A DNA stretch of 64,000 bases from Azolla caroliniana (lineage: Eukaryota > Plantae > Polypodiophyta). Shown here one piece after another: positions 62,665 to 64,000 of the stretch. The notes under the pieces were generated by a model. That model saw nothing but the letters and a program-made list of their open reading frames with translations. It was not told where the DNA came from and did no database searches. Both the position numbers and the translations under genes were made by a program. How positions within the stretch are numbered: the stretch's first letter is position 1; every line of letters starts with the position of its first letter. The stretch is from contig JBHGNT010000006.1 of assembly GCA_043228905.1 (NCBI GenBank), positions 6,076,001 to 6,140,000 of the forward strand, read 5' to 3'.

Positions 62665-63310
62665 TTTTTTTTCCCCCAAAAATCCACTACTTTGCATTAG
62701 TTAGCAAATAGAATACAACAAAGTTTGTCCAAATCCACAATGGGATCAACATATACAACTTGGAGAAAAAACTCCAAAACTATCAAACAAAAACAGCAAA
62801 AAAACTCAACCGATCCTTAACTCAAGCAAAATTGAAATAAACCCTATTTTACCCCGACTCTACAGCTCCCAACTAACTCTTTTCTAACAACATTATCCGG
62901 GTAACATGACTATACTAACGCACGTTTGTGTCAGCTATACATACATAATTACAACTCATGTACAATATTGGGAGCCATCGGTGGAAACAACCACCTAGGT
63001 GCTTGGTAATTCCACTTTCCCCTTTTAGGGACAATCCTTGTATTGAGCCCCACACAACGTTCCCTTTCACACCACAGGCTGCCACGATTCGAAGGCTTCT
63101 ACTCCAAATGTTAATCGCCTTTTGTACAATTCCAAAAACAGTGAGAGATTGATTCCAAAGCCTGTCCACATAACTTATAGCTAGCCTCACCACCACAGGA
63201 GCTCAACCACTCGCCTACAAGTATCGCCTTGTGGCTAAGAAGCCACAACCAAGCCTTTATTTTTTCTGGCATATCCAATGCCCATAGTCTCCTCCAAAAC
63301 GACTTAAGGA
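62665..63310 (-). mobile_element. 5'-truncated, internally deleted L1 fragment of the same family as 3838-9540
   Basis: KSFWRRLWA.DM.EKIK.WLWLLSHKA is nearly identical to ORF 4434-4907. The 3' UTR and poly(A) match 3838-3890. Confidence 0.85.
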
Positions 63311-64000
63311 TGATATGGTTCAAGCTTTGTTTCTCTTAGGGATGGGACATCTTATCTACACCGCTAATCATGGAACTTAAGGAATAAGATTGAATACAAT
63401 TAATTGCAAGTTGATTGTTGAGTTGTCCTCTTATTTTTTTGTTATGGTTTAACATCATTCTAAAGTGTCGTACATTAGTTCTGGATACACTCTTGCTAGT
63501 TATATGGCTATGCATGACAAAAAAGGGGCTTGCCCTTTTATTAGTAGATATTTAAAATAAGAAGTCATGTTTTCCTTTTCTTATCCATCAAATGCTTCAA
63601 ATCATTTGAAGAATTTTATCTTTGTTTCGCCTTTCCAACCAACCATGTAACACTATGTGTTGATTATGTGTTTCATTCCTTCTCTCATATGTAGTTACTA
63701 TTCTCTAATAATTTCTTTTCATTTCTCTCCTTTCATCTTACTTATCCTTCTTCCTTAGTCAAACATATGGGCCGTTTTGTTCACAATGTGTTGCACGTTT
63801 AAGATCTATAGTTCTTTAGACATTTGGAAGTGGCAAGCAACCACATCTTTTTAGAACTTAGTTTCATTGCCTCTTTTCCATTGTATTCTCAAATTCAATA
63901 AAAATGCTTCATATGGCATGCATTGATATTGCGTATGTCATCATTTTGTCGGTTTGTGACACATTGTATTTTTTAGAAGATGCCCCCCTAGAAACAAAAC

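Overview
Eukaryotic land-plant nuclear DNA: AT-rich, with spliceosomal introns and many transposons. The gene content suggests a non-seed plant such as a fern, but that is inference. I could hand-assemble four protein genes. (1) A 9-exon, ~272-aa gene of unknown function (+, 13380-18309). (2) Convergent with it, a 9-exon, ~1052-aa hybrid histidine kinase (-, 19304-25205) with a bacterial-type MASE1-like multi-TM sensor, HisKA, HATPase and receiver domains. (3) An INSIG-family membrane protein gene with a GC-AG intron (-, 52907-56143). (4) An intronless GT4 glycosyltransferase (-, 60406-62157). The rest comprises a PLS-PPR pseudogene, two very young intact Ty1/copia elements (one nested in a TSD-flanked 5'-truncated L1, one with an apparently unprocessed U5 end), a related solo LTR, several L1 and RTE-like LINE relics, a hAT MITE, a 1.1-kb Mutator-type foldback and several tandem repeats. 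The kinase locus is the most interesting part. Its sensor is interrupted by a CxxC-x21-CxxC insert. Its upstream region is five diverged tandem copies of the start-codon module carrying 13 upstream ATGs. An internally deleted copy of its putative promoter/first exon sits antisense in an intron of the neighbouring gene. All gene models and family calls were made by eye, without database searches.
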